DNA of 64,000 bases from Macrostomum lignano. Taxonomy: Eukaryota. The position numbers and the translations under genes were made by a program. The DNA lies in the NCBI GenBank assembly GCA_002269645.1, contig NIVC01002341.1, positions 62,001 to 126,000 of the forward strand, read 5' to 3'. Below are positions 1 to 12,969 of this stretch, in pieces (position 1 is the stretch's first letter; each line of letters begins with the position of its first letter). A model generated the notes under the pieces. The model was not told the DNA's origin and ran no database searches. It saw only the letters and a list, made by a program, of their open reading frames with translations.

Positions 1-182
1 CTGTGGGCTCACAACGTGAGGCGATTGAAACAGCGACTTCAATACAAACCGTCAAGCATCAAATTCTCGTGTTCAATCAAGTGACTAAACGCGCTAAGGT
101 TTTACAGCATTCGGCTTTTATTTGTTACTTTTGCTATTCGTGCGTTAATATACCAATATGGATTGGCTGCATCAGGCCGCAA

Positions 183-394
183 CTAGCTAACACTCCTCGG
201 CGCTACGCGCCTCGGCGGTTTCACGGCCCGCTGAGACTGTCTATGGTAAAATCCCATTTACTCCAATGCATTGAGTCGGTTTCACGGCCCGCTGAAAATG
301 TCTATGGCTAAGTCAGAAGAAAGCGGGGTCAAGGGGGCGCTGAGCCCCCTTGCGGGGTGTGGGGCGCCCCAACATGTTCGCACCAGCACTCTAG
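183..394 (-). mobile_element. Possible Helitron-like 3' end / non-autonomous DNA element fragment
   Basis: On the minus strand a GGCGC-GTA-GCGCC hairpin lies ~12 nt before CTAG followed by T (plus 183-186). Adjacent are a duplicated CGGTTTCACGGCCCGCTGA, repeated TGTCTATGG motifs and a GC-rich hairpin AAGGGGGC/GCCCCCTT (331-351). No 5' end identified. Confidence 0.3.
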
Positions 395-1412
395 AGAAAG
401 AAAGAAAGAATGAAATCTAAGAAATTGTCTATGGCCAAAACTGCTAATTTTGTGAATCGAAAAAATAGTAACTGATACTAATAATTAATAAGCAGTACTA
501 AGCTTTACTTTCGAAAGATACAAGTTGTAAAAACATTAACTAGATACTTACGAGTATATGCATACGAGTTTTTTATTTATTGAAGTCTGCCACAGTATAA
601 TTGTAGCGGGCAGGCTGCCCTGCGTTTCACCCTGTTTCAACACGAATCTGTGGGCTAACTATAACAATGAGGTACATTATTGCACGCTGATTGCCAGTTG
701 TCTATGGCAAAAATCCTCATTATCTTGTCTCACTAGAAGTCCGAAACCCGATTTCAAGAGAGCTGGTTCGTTCAGCTTGTTTCTGCTAATTTTTACGAAT
801 TTCAATCAATCTGAATACGAGAGAAAAGTCAGTGGCATCTTTATCCAGCATTTCAAAACCATCAAATTTTAATTACGATCGTTATCGCTACGATTTTTGC
901 AATATTTTAATTTATAATGTCACCAGCCACTCAAAATAAAGATTTCAAACTTCAAGCAATTTTAGAAGTTCAAGTCTTGAAAGCAGAATTTATTGCCATC
1001 CGCGAAAAGCAAATTAAGTATTTGCTTACTATATTATTACTTAAATAATAGTATTCCTGTACACGCAGATACAGTAAATTCCAAATTACAATCATAGGAA
1101 AATAATTTTACTTTTCGAATTCAAAGCGTCGGGTGAAATTTTATTGCGAAGCATCATTAGTACTTAATCGCATTTTTTAAAATCGACATTGGTTTATACT
1201 CGATCAATTACAACAGGTTGATTGGCTATACAAATGTAAGAGGGATGTGTTTTACGATATGCAATGTTCTCTCTCGGACTATAGTAACTCCTTGAAGTTT
1301 TAACTTCATACAAATCCGAATGAATTAAACAAAATTAACTGGCTAAAATGGCGCCAGGCGAATTCGTTACTCAGAAAAAGTTGTGAAAAGTCAAAGCTTG
1401 TCAGTTTGCTGC

Positions 1413-4400
1413 TCACGGGCGATCATAGCACTCGCACATGCAGGTGGAGATCTCTTCAATCCAGCAATTATCCTCTGAAAACGAAACGGATGCAATTCTG
1501 CTAAAAATCTGCTGGCTTTGATCGTGAAATCTAACTCCACAGGATCAGAAGCTGAGTAACTTACGATACGGCATGCCGTGCAGGCCCTCCAGGGTGCTGG
1601 GCAGCGAATCAAATGACGTCATACCGGAGGCGGCGAGCCCGATGAAGTTGAGAACCTGTGAGTTTGGAAAGTGGTTGCGGTGAAAGCACTGTCCATTGGC
1701 ATCAGAACTTGTCTGAAGTGTATCTTAAACCCAACTACACAAAGATTCGCATTGCTTACCTCTCCAACGGAGGTCTTCGCAGTCAGCTTCATCACGGAGC
1801 CACCAGATGCCGCAGCAAGGTAGTCGTACTCTCCCTTGTACACTCTGGGACCGCAAAACTGGCCGGTGCCGATCACGTAGAGTTTGATTTTCTTAGAAAC
1901 CAGCAGAGCAGCGACATCGGCACTCATGTTTGCGTCTTTTGCGGCAGCGTCGGTGAACAGGATGAGCACGGAATTTTCGAGTGCCTCCTTGGCTGCGTCC
2001 TCAATGGCTGACATGGCGTACTCGGGACAGTCGCCTCCGCCCGAAGGCCCGATCGCGTTCACGAAGCTCTGGATTGCGGACGCGTCGCTCGACCGGATCA
2101 CATTCTTCACGTAGGGATCGCCATACCGGGATACCACGTAGTCCTTGAACACCGTGTTGTTCGCCATGATGGCGCTGATGTGAGTCCGCACGGCGAAGAT
2201 CTCGGCACCCATTGAGCCGGTGTCGTCAATGATGAACCCCAGAGAGCCGACCCGCTTCCTGGGGCAGCCGTTGGGCGAGCCGCACACTTTGTTGCGCATC
2301 GTCACTCGCTTGTAGCCGAGCGGGCAGGGCGCTGAAGTGTCGAAGCGTCGATAATTAGCGCCAATCAAAAGTAAGGTATTTTCAACGTAATAAGTAAAGA
2401 AACTTACGTTCAATTGGCTTGCATTTGTGATGGATGACCCATTTGCAGCAGCCTGAAATATGATAAGAAGCAAATTTTCTATTATACAAAATTTAAAATT
2501 ATAATCTTAGCAAAGTTCGACTCTGAAAAGAGAAAAACTCAACAAACTTACGTTCTGGCTTCATCTTTCGCATGTCGTCCAAGCAGCGAGGGAACGAACG
2601 CAGCGAGTACTTGCCGGCAGCAGCCAGGGCGAGGAAGTCAAGAACCTGCCGAAAATTGGTTTGATTGTTTTGTTTTTGTTTAAAGCTTAACTGGAATAAA
2701 ATTAATCTAGGCAGTTGTTGCATTAATAGTGAGCTCAAAAGTAAATTTACCTCGCTAACTGATGACTTTGCTGTCAGCGTCATGACGTCCCCACCAGAGG
2801 CAGCTGCGAGGTCGTCGAATTCTCCCTTGTACACGCCGGAGCCGCAGAAGGTGCCAGTGGCGATGACAAACAGCTTCGTGTTCTTCGCCAACAACAGCGC
2901 CTTGACAGCGGCCAGCTTGCTCGCATCTTTTGCTGCAGCATCGGTGAACAAGACTAGCACAGAGTTCTTGCGGGCCTTCTTGGCCGCGTCCTCGATACCC
3001 GACATGGCGAACTCGGGACAGTCTCCGCCTGCAGATGGCGAGATCGAGTTCACAAAGGACTGGATGACCGACTCGTCGCTGGATCGAATCACATTCTTCT
3101 TGTAGGGATCGCCGAATGTGGCCACCACGTAGTCCTTAAACACGGTGTTGTTGGCCATGATGTTGGCGATATGAGCGCGCACCGCGAAAATCTCAGCCGC
3201 CATTGAGCCCGTGTTGTCGATGACGAAACCTAGGGAGCCGTACTTGTGCTTCTTGCACGGACCGGGCACGCACACCTTCTTCTTTACCACAATATGTTCG
3301 AAGCCCTCCGGGCACGGACAGCTCTTTGTCGGCGGCTCGATGCAGACGAGGTTCTCAATGCTGGTCTTGCAGGAGCAGTCTGAAATATGTTGGAAAATCA
3401 TTTTTTATGCCTATGCTTGTAATTGACATTTGGTATAACCTCAAATCAGAAGTGGCAACTCACTTCCATCGGCGATGGCTTTCAGATCTTCCAGAGTCGT
3501 CGGCATGCCGCGGATGAACCGAATGCCGTACTTGGCAAAGTTCTTGATGTAGTTCATAACGAATTCGACATCGGACTTGTCGGGCGTCCTGTAGATTGTT
3601 CCGTTGGTGGCGGTGGTCAGTCTAGAGAACTCGGCACCCATGCCGCAAAGATTTCCGGTCGCCATCACGTTAAGCCGGATGTTTTTGGACTCTAGCAGAG
3701 CCTTGACATCCGGCTCGAGAGCCAGATCCTTGGAGCTCGCGTCGGTGAACAGAAAGATGACGGAGCCGGGACTAAGACGGTCGGCCACATCCCGGATGCC
3801 GTGCATTGCCATCTCAGGACAGTCGCCTCCAGCGTTGGCGTTGATTGTGCTCACAAAGCTGTTGATGGCGGAAGCGTCCGTCGATTCGAACACGTTGGCC
3901 ACGTAGGGATCGTTGTAGGTGCCAATCACGTACTTGTCGAAGATTCCGGATGTGGCAGCTGGAATGACAAGTTTCGACAATAATCACCTACTCTTGTAAT
4001 ACGCTCGTACATTGGTGCATTTAGCAACTTCGACTTGGTAATCGGAAGATCACTGTCTGTAAAACTTACTGACAACAGCCTGAATGCTGGACTTCACCGA
4101 CGCGATCTCCGTCCTCATGCTGCCGGTGTTGTCCACAACGAAGCCGAGAGAGACGTTAAAGTACTCGCGGTCTCCGGGATCCACAATCTCGATTGTCCGG
4201 TTGAGGCCTGTGCAGCTGCATGACAGCCGCTTATCGTAGGTGCAGTTCTTGGATGGACAGCTGTCGCAAACGGGATCTGAGCGAATTACGGAGGGGATCG
4301 TTGTCGGTCAGTAACAGATTAAATCAGTCTTGAAGTATTGACTGAGCAGACAACAACAGAAACTTACCAAGCTGAGCAGCGACTTGCAGCACGAGGGCAG

Positions 4401-4434
4401 AGCCCACGATGAGAATCAGAGGGGACGCCTTCAT
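1413..4434 (-). CDS. Secreted protein with three tandem hemicentin/VWA7-type vWA domains separated by Cys-rich linkers (~8 exons, ~740 aa)
   Basis: Exon 1 (4434-4368) encodes signal peptide MKASPLILIVGSALVLQVAAQL. Three copies of the MIDAS-like GFV(V/I)D(N/D)TGSM and GGDCPE motifs. GT/AG sites join in frame (about 4276-4070, 3959-3464, 3379-2750, 2654-2550, 2330-1760, 1655-1564, 1476-1413). Ends ...CMCECYDRP-stop. Confidence 0.85.
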
Positions 4435-5300
4435 GGAGGCTTTGTTGCTTGAAGATTTTCTTGCTTAAGGGTTTTCTTTTGAGTTGTCTCGATTCGAGTT
4501 CTCTCGGAGCCTTTGCCTCTGTGGGCTCCGCGATTGCCGCTTATATAGACATTTTGCGAGGCCATCTGAGTGTGTATTTTTGTTTTTTTCAATCCAGCAT
4601 GTTTTCATCAACATAGGCGCAGTAATCTGCCCAACCACCCCCAGAGTTGTTTTCGTATTTTCAGGCTCACATCGAAATAATGAGGGGGCGTTGTCCCAAA
4701 TGCAGACGCGATTGTTTTCGCGCCTCGGAGAAAAACAGCTGGACGATGTTTTTGCGAGACATTTCTATTGGATGGTAATAACAATAGCGGTGGCTGTTCT
4801 CTGCTTAGCATTAGAGAACTGTCACGGGCTATATTTTCGTCTCCTAAACTGCTTGTGCTTTGTTACTCGTAGTGTGCCATTGCCCTTCCATCTTCCATCT
4901 GAAGTGTATTTTTTTCTCTATGCTCAGACAGTTGTAAATATTCGTTGGGTCTATGCTATGCATTGTTATTGGGTTAAAGTAGCACCCGTTCTATTGAGAA
5001 ATAGCTCATTAACAACTAAAAGCTACACGAGTATTGATGTTTTTGAATCCATAGAAATTTTAGCAACCCACGGATTCTGTTTACCGGCTCAAACGGGTGA
5101 TGAGCTGCTGTAATTTGGCAATAAATTTCTTTCTGTTCACACCTGAATCAACCTGTTAGTAAATCCTGCACTGCCAAGTAAACATGTTTTTGCAATTTTT
5201 ATTTTACTGCTCTGAATCAACTATTTACGGCTGATTCAATGGTTGTTCGCTTGTGGCATTGACCCTCATTCTCATTACGATGATTTACTTACCAAGAGAT

Positions 5301-5975
5301 CAGGGGCGTAGCCAGGAATTTCCTACGGGGGGACACACCAAGGTGAATTTTCTACGGGGGGGGTATACACCAAGGTGAATTTCCTACGGGGGGGACACAC
5401 CAAGGTAAATTTTCTACGGGGGGATACACCAAGGTGAATTTCCTACGGGGGGGATACACCAAGGTGAATTTCCTACGGGGGGATACACCAAGGTGAATTT
5501 CCTACGGGGGGGATACACCAAGGTGAATTTTCTACAGGGGGGGATACACCAAGGTGAATTTCCTACGGGGGGGATACACCAAGGTGAATTTTCTACGGGG
5601 GGGGATACACCAAGGTGAATTTCCTACGGGGGGGGATACACCAAGGTGAATTTTCTACGGGGGGATACACCAAGGTGAATTTTCTACGGGGGGGATACAC
5701 CAAGGTGAATTTTCTACGGGGGGGGATACACCAAGGTGAATTTCCTACGGGGGGGACACACCAAGGTGAATTTTCTACGGGGGGGACACACCAAGGTGAA
5801 TTTCCTACGGGGGGATACACCAAGGTTAATTTTCTACGGAGGGGATACACTAAGGTAAAAGTGCTATGACAGAGTCACATGGTAGCATGTATAGCAACAA
5901 AGGGCAACAAAAAAGTTTTGATCAGGCTCTTCGGGGGGGATACATCCCCCCTATCCCCCTCTCCCTACGCCCCTG
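5301..5975. mobile_element. hAT-type MITE
   Basis: TIR CAGGGGCGTAG...CTACGCCCCTG with perfect 8-bp TSD CAAGAGAT (5293-5300 / 5976-5983). No coding capacity. Confidence 0.85.
5330..5850. repeat. ~29-31 bp minisatellite inside MITE
   Basis: Tandem GGGGGGATACACCAAGGTGAATTT(T/C)CTAC with variable G-run. Confidence 0.9.
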
Positions 5976-6019
5976 CAAGAGATTTTCTATTTTCACTTCC
6001 TAAAAGACAGAAGAGACAG

Positions 6020-6172
6020 GTGGGCGCCCACGAAAAAGACAGGGGCACCCACCAAGAGACAGGGGCGCCCACCAAGAGACAGGGGCGCCCACCAAGAGAC
6101 AGGGGCGCCCACCAAGAGACAGGGGCGCCCACCAAGAGGCAGGGGCGCCCACCAAGAGACAGAAGCGGCCAC
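6020..6172 (+). repeat. 20-bp minisatellite (CACCAAGAGACAGGGGCGCC)n
   Basis: Direct reading; same unit in reverse orientation at 61322-61947. Confidence 0.9.
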
Positions 6173-7516
6173 TGCAAGACACCAAATGTTGGCACCTCTA
6201 GTGATGCGGTCCTCACAGTTAAAACTCCTGCGTACGTCACTCCCAAGCCTGTGTCAGCAGCTGTGGCGCAACACACACTATAGCATTGGCATCAGCAATG
6301 TTGACTTTGTTATCTTTCCATATTCGATTGAACCCATCGATAGCCTCTTAGTTTTAAGGCAAGTCAAGAATTGCGTGTCTATAGTCAATCGAGTCGAGAC
6401 AGATAACAGCTATCCTAGGCTAAACTACAGTGTACTATTTTCGCATGTAAATGAGCTGCTGACATTCACAGGTAGGATCATTGCTCTTCCGCTCCAGCAT
6501 TCAAAACTGCACGTTTCCTGTTTCTTGAGTACTGATTTATGCTAGCGCGCCTGGTGCTAAATCCTCTGGTGCTAAAGCTCTTGGTATTAAAGCCCCTGGT
6601 TCTAAAGACTTTCATCAAATCTCTGATTCATATTGGTTGAGAAACAGAACTCCTGTAAACATCATTGTTATTGTAGAGCGGCCTGTAAACAGTTAAAACT
6701 TTAATAACGCAATTTTTGTAACTCGGATAAGAATTTACATTTTAAAGTGTTTAAACATTGGTGGTGACTAAGAGTAAATGTATATTAGTTATATATTTTA
6801 AAAAATACAGATATAAATTGACATTTCTTAGAACTACAGAACTACATACTACTACCTCCATAGAAAACAAGTAGTATAATTAGTGGTGCTTACAATACAA
6901 GACTTATTTTTATTGTAAGATTAAAGCATTCTGAATTATCTCGAAGAAAAAATATATTTTCATTGCAGCGATAAAAAGGAAATCATTGCACAGGTCAACT
7001 GTTAAAAAACACGAGTAAACACCAATAAGCCGACAATCAAAATAAACACTTTAAACCTAAAAAACAAGATTTAAATACTGGAAATAATATTTGCACGTGA
7101 TTTATTAAAGTAACACAGCCAAAATTAATGACAACAAATTAACAATAAAAAAGTGATTTTTTTCACAACCGAAATAAAAATTAACAGTCAGCGCAATTAA
7201 ACAAACGTTTTAAAATAGAGTTCCCCACAATATTGGTAGTAAACATTCTGGAAGTGAACTGCAACGCGTGACAGTAAATTATAAACAAAATGAGCCGGAT
7301 AAAAAGCTACTTTAGAATTTAAACAAAATTATATTAAATCAAGGAAGAACAGGTTCCGCACTGACCAGAAATATCATTTCAATTTTAGAATCAAATTATC
7401 ATTGATAATATCGCACAAGTTATCATACAATTTAAAAAAGTTCACTAATTTGCAGCAGCATGGATAAAACACGCTTTTTCGTTTAAAAAACGGAAAATCA
7501 ATCAATTTGTTTAAAT

Positions 7517-9224
7517 TCACTTTCGTCCGGCAATTTCCGGGTTGATGTCGTCCAGAGACAGGGTGCAGGTGGCTCGCATCAGTGACGGCTTCACAGGTAG
7601 GTGCTGCCGAGATGGAGGGTCCAATTTGTCGAAATAATGCTGCACAATGTCCCTATCGGCTGGGCAGCTGTCTACAAACGCTGCGGTCTTGTACATGCGC
7701 TCCATGTACTGCTGAAGGAAGCGCAGGTCCGGCGATGGAATGTCGTAATTGCGGTAAGCCTGCGGATGCGGAGGAACGACCGTTAACCTCACTTGACAGG
7801 CGAATACTGATTGAAATAATTGACAAGCACCAAGCATTATTCCCGCACCCAAATACAGCGCACTGAAACAGACACTAAACACTTAACTGAAATCCAAACT
7901 AAACACCCAAGTGAAATCCAAACTAAACACTTAACTAAAATCCAAACTAAACACTTAACTAAAATCCAAACTAAACACTTAACTAAAATCCAAACTAAAC
8001 ACTTAACTGAAATCCAAACTAAACACTTAACTGAAACCCAAACTAAACATCCAACTAAAACCCAAACAAAAAACCCAACGAAAACCCAAACTAAACCCCA
8101 ACTGAAACACACACTAAACCCCAACTGAAACCCACACTAAACCCCAACTGAAACCCACACTAAACCCCAACTGAAACCCACACTAAAAACCAACTGAAAC
8201 CCACAGTCATAGCACCCAAACCCAATGACCAAATGGTCGCACAAAACCCCGATAAAAACCTTAGCAGCAATCCTGGCGTGATGCAGTTTGGGCATCAGCT
8301 GGCAATCCGCATAGCTAAGCTCCTGACCAATCAGATACTGCACATCCGGTCTCTCAGCCAGGTAGCTGTTAATCTTAAACAGAGACGTTCTCAGCTTGGT
8401 ATCGACTCCGCTCTTCAAGAAGATGTTCAAGCCAGTGTACAGATCTGCAAAGCAGCGCTCTGCAGCCGCTTCTTCGGGGCTTTCTTTTGGCAAAGCCAAG
8501 GCTGGACACCGCCACACGTCCATGAGCTGCTCAATTTCATCATTGGTGTCGCAGACCAGATTCTCCAAATCCGTGCCCTTGAGATCGCGACCTTTAATTA
8601 CGCGAGCAACAGGCAAACGCTTGCCAACGTCAAGGGCTTGATAAGCTTCGGGCGGTAGGTCGGGGTTGACAGTAGTGACAAATAGGTTGACAATCTTTTT
8701 CTCGGCCAATAGATAGAAAACCATGAACCATTGCTGGCTGATGGGGCAGGGGCCTTTGTCTTCGCGGCCGATTGGGGAAACCTGAAGTGGTAGAAAAAAC
8801 AAAAATTTTTTATATAAGTTGTTTTTTATTTTACTTTAAAATTATATATATCCTCAGAGTTAGAAAAAGTCCTTTGAACTATTAAACTAACAATAATTAA
8901 AATACTAAGCGAGAAAGCAGATTAAAGTATTACTACAACTGAAATATGAACATTAAATGAAAGAATAGTAATAGTAAGTGCAAGTATTAAGTTATTGAGT
9001 TTAACAGTGTTTAATGTGGATGTGTCATGTGGGTAAAGTTAATAACAGCTTCAAATCATGCCCAGGTTTGAATATTATTTATTTAAAAGTCATAATTTAG
9101 ATTATGATATAATTAACTGATAAAAAATGAATATATAAGTATATAAGAAATCTTGAAATCTTCACAACAAATATAATGGGCATCTCACCTTAATAAAGAG
9201 TTCGATAACTGGTTTGTCATCCAT
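7517..9224 (-). CDS. CLIC: Chloride intracellular channel (CLIC/EXC-4 family, GST fold), 3 exons, 266 aa
   Basis: join(9224-9189, 8781-8260, 7759-7517), all phase 0. MDDKPVIELFIK|VSPIGREDKGPCPISQQWFMVFYLLAE... LSYADCQLMPKLHH... AFVDSCPADRDIVQHY matches invertebrate CLIC motifs (IELIIKAS...KGACLFCQ; FTQSCPADQDI). Confidence 0.9.
7868..8215. repeat. 24-bp then ~22-bp minisatellite in CLIC intron 2
   Basis: (AAAATCCAAACTAAACACTTAACT)n grading into (GAAACCCACACTAAACCCCAACT)-like units. Confidence 0.9.
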
Positions 9225-10444
9225 TTCTTGGGCGATTTTAATCTATTCTTAGTCGATGATTTATTTACTCGGTTTGATAAAAGTAATAAATAGCTATTAA
9301 CAATACAGTCAAGTAATTTAGTAAGAATTTGCAATACAATCAGACTCAATATCCGCTCATGCGATAATTAAAAATACGGAATCAAGAATTTCAAAAATTG
9401 CTCGGGCGTTGCTAGTGATATTTATAACACAAATTTAAAAAAAATAACATAAGCTGCAAATATATTTAGTAAGAATTGATAATTTTTGTGTTTAAAATAA
9501 AACACGCTATAAATTAAAAGTACTGTCTAATACTAAAATCTTTTACGTGCAAATGTTTAGAAATTTCAAATGCCGCGTTTTCTTCGAAGCAAGTTTCCAT
9601 TTGACATTATGTTTTTTAAAAAGATTGAATTGTGTGCTAGTAGCACTTCGATGGTCCAATAAAAATGAATAATGAAATGAAGGGTAGCGTGAACGATCTT
9701 CGAACTAAAATCTAGGCAGGTATTTGTATTTTTTTCGTATTTATCTAATAATTTGTGATAATTCGGAGAACTTTTCATTTAATATGGAGTTTTTTTACAT
9801 CTCGCTTTGTTGGACAGAATCATGTGACACGCGCCGCTAATGGTCACTATAAGAGTTTCAGATATAATGTGTATAATGTGATAGGAATTTATTTTTACAA
9901 ATAGTAATTATGGTTTGATAAATTATCTTGTATAGAATAAAAACAAGCTCATGCTTTTTGTGATTTTGTTGTTAGCGATCGAGTTTTTTATCTACTAGTA
10001 GGAATCGATTAATCACATTTTTTCGATATATGCATGCAATGATATACTGTGTGAATATAACTTTTTTATATTAATTTCTATCATTCTGGCTTGATTAAAG
10101 AAAAGTAAAGTTTTTTGTATTATCTATTTATATGGTAGCTTACCACATACATCACATGTACACACACTAGAAGTGCATGCATGCATTCATATTTGACATA
10201 TGATATTAACGATCCGAATGCTGTGTAAAATTATATTTTTGAACTTCGTATTGCAAATACATGTATTTAAAAGCAGTATTGCGAGTAACAATTTTTTCCA
10301 CTACAGCTGTCCGTGTCTACTTTTAGTAGCTTCTAAGTGACATTTTAACATTATTTTTTCTTAGAAATTACCAGCCGGGGATTTTAATCTATGAATGAAT
10401 GCAAAAATGCAAAAAAGGTTTACGTCAGGTTGTCAGGTAGAGCC

Positions 10445-11440
10445 CACTTCAAGACAGACACCCAAATCAAGACACAGACACCCAATCAAGACACAGACAC
10501 CCAATTCAAGACACAGACACCCAATTCAAGACACAGACACCCAATTCAAGACACAGACAACCAATTCAAGACACAGACACCCAATTCAAGACACAGACAC
10601 CCACTTCAAGACACAGACACCCAATTCAAGACACAGACACCCAATTCAAGAAACAGACACCCAATTCAAGACACAGACACCCAATTCAAGACACAGACAC
10701 CCAATTCAAGACACAGACACCCAATTCAAGACACAGACAACCAATTCAAGACACAGACACCCAATTCAAGACACAGACACCCACTTCAAGACACAGACAC
10801 CCAATTCAAGACACAGACACCCAATTCAAGAAACAGACACCCAATTCAAGACACAGACACCCAATTCAAGACACAGACACCCAATTCAAGACACAGACAC
10901 CCAATCAAGACACAGACACCCAATTCAAGACACAGACACCCAATTCAAGACACAGACACCCACTTCAAGACACAGACACCCAATTCAAGACACAGACACC
11001 CAATCAAGACACAGACACCCAATTCAAGACACAGACACCCAATTCAAGACACAGACACCCAATTCAAGACACAGACACCCAATTCAAGACACAGACACCC
11101 AATTCAAGAAACAGACACCCAATTCAAGACACAGACACCCAATCAAGACACAGACACCCAATTCAAGACACAGACACCCAATTCAAGACACAGACACCCA
11201 ATTCAAGACACAGACACCCAATTCAAGAAACAGACACCCAATTCAAGAAACAGACACCCAATTCAAGACACAGACACCCAATTCAAGACACAGACATCCA
11301 ATTCAAGACACAGACACCCAATTCAAGACACAGACACCCAATTCAAGACACAGACACCCAATTCAAGACACAGACACCCAATCAAGACACAGACACCCAA
11401 TTCAAGACACAGACACCCAATTCAAGACACAGACACAAGA
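10445..11440. repeat. 20-bp minisatellite (ACACAGACACCCAATTCAAG)n, ~50 copies
   Basis: Direct reading; ORFs 10391/10395 are artefacts of it. Confidence 0.95.
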
Positions 11441-12969
11441 CACTAAAGATTTCAAACATGAAAAACTCTCTTTATATGCATGCATGTACACTTTCACACT
11501 ATACTCATTACATTAAGCTACGGTTATGGTTTTAGAGCGAATGAGCTCAAATAGAAGCTTAGAATAGCTCTGAGTCTAAGTTTTCCGTTGGTCTCTGGGC
11601 TGTTTACAATTTGGTTTGGTAAACAATAAGAGTAGAACTGTTTGGTGAGGGCGCCCTGCTGCGGCTGTGCAAAATACAGCCCTAAGCTCGTATAAAGCTT
11701 TGCAAGACTAAAATAATGCAACTCTCAAGTGTTGAGCAAACTTGAAGCAGGAGACGGCGAGGGAGAGAGCTTGACTAGCGAACTCCCCACCCATTGCTGG
11801 ACTTTATATTTTCTGCTTCTAAAAGAGTACTAAACCTCTATATAGTCATAATAGCCGCGCGTGCTTTTTTATTTTTCTTTCTCAGCAAGCGCCATCATAT
11901 GATTTAGCATTGGCAGAAAACGTCCTTCAAATGAACTCAGAGAGAGAGAGAGAGAGTGAGAGAGAGAGGGAAACGGAACTTATTGTAAAGTCTAATTCTT
12001 TTCTATTGCTAACGCCGCTGAAAAAGAAAGATTTCTGTATTTCTTTTCAACGACGGGATCGAGAGGGGAGAGAGGAAGAGAGCGAAACGGTGGTGTACAG
12101 ACAGCGTCTCTTGGGGCGGGTAGATGACCTGCTGTGAGGGGATCAAAGCCTAGAGAGTTAGCCATACTCTCTTAGCGGTTGCATCGTAAAAGAAGAAGCA
12201 GAATTGAGAGGAGAGTGAAGCGGAAGGATTTCACACTGGGGGGGGGGATCAGAAGGGGAGAGGAGGGATAGAGAGAAAGCAGCTGTATTCTCTCTCCCAG
12301 TCCCATGGCAGCGGGCAGAAACTGTTCAACCTCTTTCCCATGAAGCGTAGACGAGAACTGAAGCCCGCTGTTCTCCTATCGATCGACGTGAGCTCACTCC
12401 CTGGGCCCTGTTTTCGACGCTTGTCGCGCACTTAAGCTGCGGCTGCAGAGTGCGGAATGGCCTGGATGGCCGTCGGGGCGAGGAGCGGGGTAGAGCGGGT
12501 AGAGAGAGACTGCCTGGGTCTGAGGGGAGGTGGTCGCCGGTTTTTAGTCTACGCACGTTGGCGTCGGGGGTTTCGGGTTGGAGGACCAACCCCCACCATC
12601 CCCTCCCCCCCAGCGGTTGTTCAGTGGCCGCCCCCAAAGGCGAGGAAAAGAAAACCCATGGCGGAGTGGAGGCTGCTGTTTCGTCAGTGCAGCGAGTGCG
12701 ACCAATACCAGCCTGCCTAAAAAGGCTAATAGCTATAGTAGCCTAGACAAAAATCTATATTGCCGATCAAAACAGTGCTTCTGAGCCCCATGCTCACTCT
12801 GATTTGAGGGCGATTGAATTATAATATATAACTGGAAAAAATTGTCACTGCCATTGTTCAACCCTGAACTGAAGCTGCAGTCGCACAACCAATCATCCAT
12901 TGGATTTTGTATACAACAGAGCTCATTGCTCCATTGTACAACTCGCCGACTACTTACCGATAAGTCGAC

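Noticed and set aside
1658-3983. Plus-strand ORFs antisense to the vWA gene (and similar antisense ORFs over TRP, pol, astacin)
   Set aside because: Shadow ORFs caused by codon bias of the real minus-strand genes.
4484-5113. 209-aa plus-strand ORF
   Set aside because: Non-ATG start, AT-rich, no recognisable motif; overlaps the expected promoter/5' region of the vWA gene.
10391-11516. Long ORFs 10391/10395 and similar ORFs at 5593-6283, 15371-16156, 55233-56470, 61310-61980, 63498-63887
   Set aside because: They are translations of stop-free tandem repeats, open in several frames and on both strands.
11910-12137. ORF containing ELIVK as candidate CLIC first exon
   Set aside because: Wrong strand; the true exon (IELFIK|GT) is at 9224-9189.
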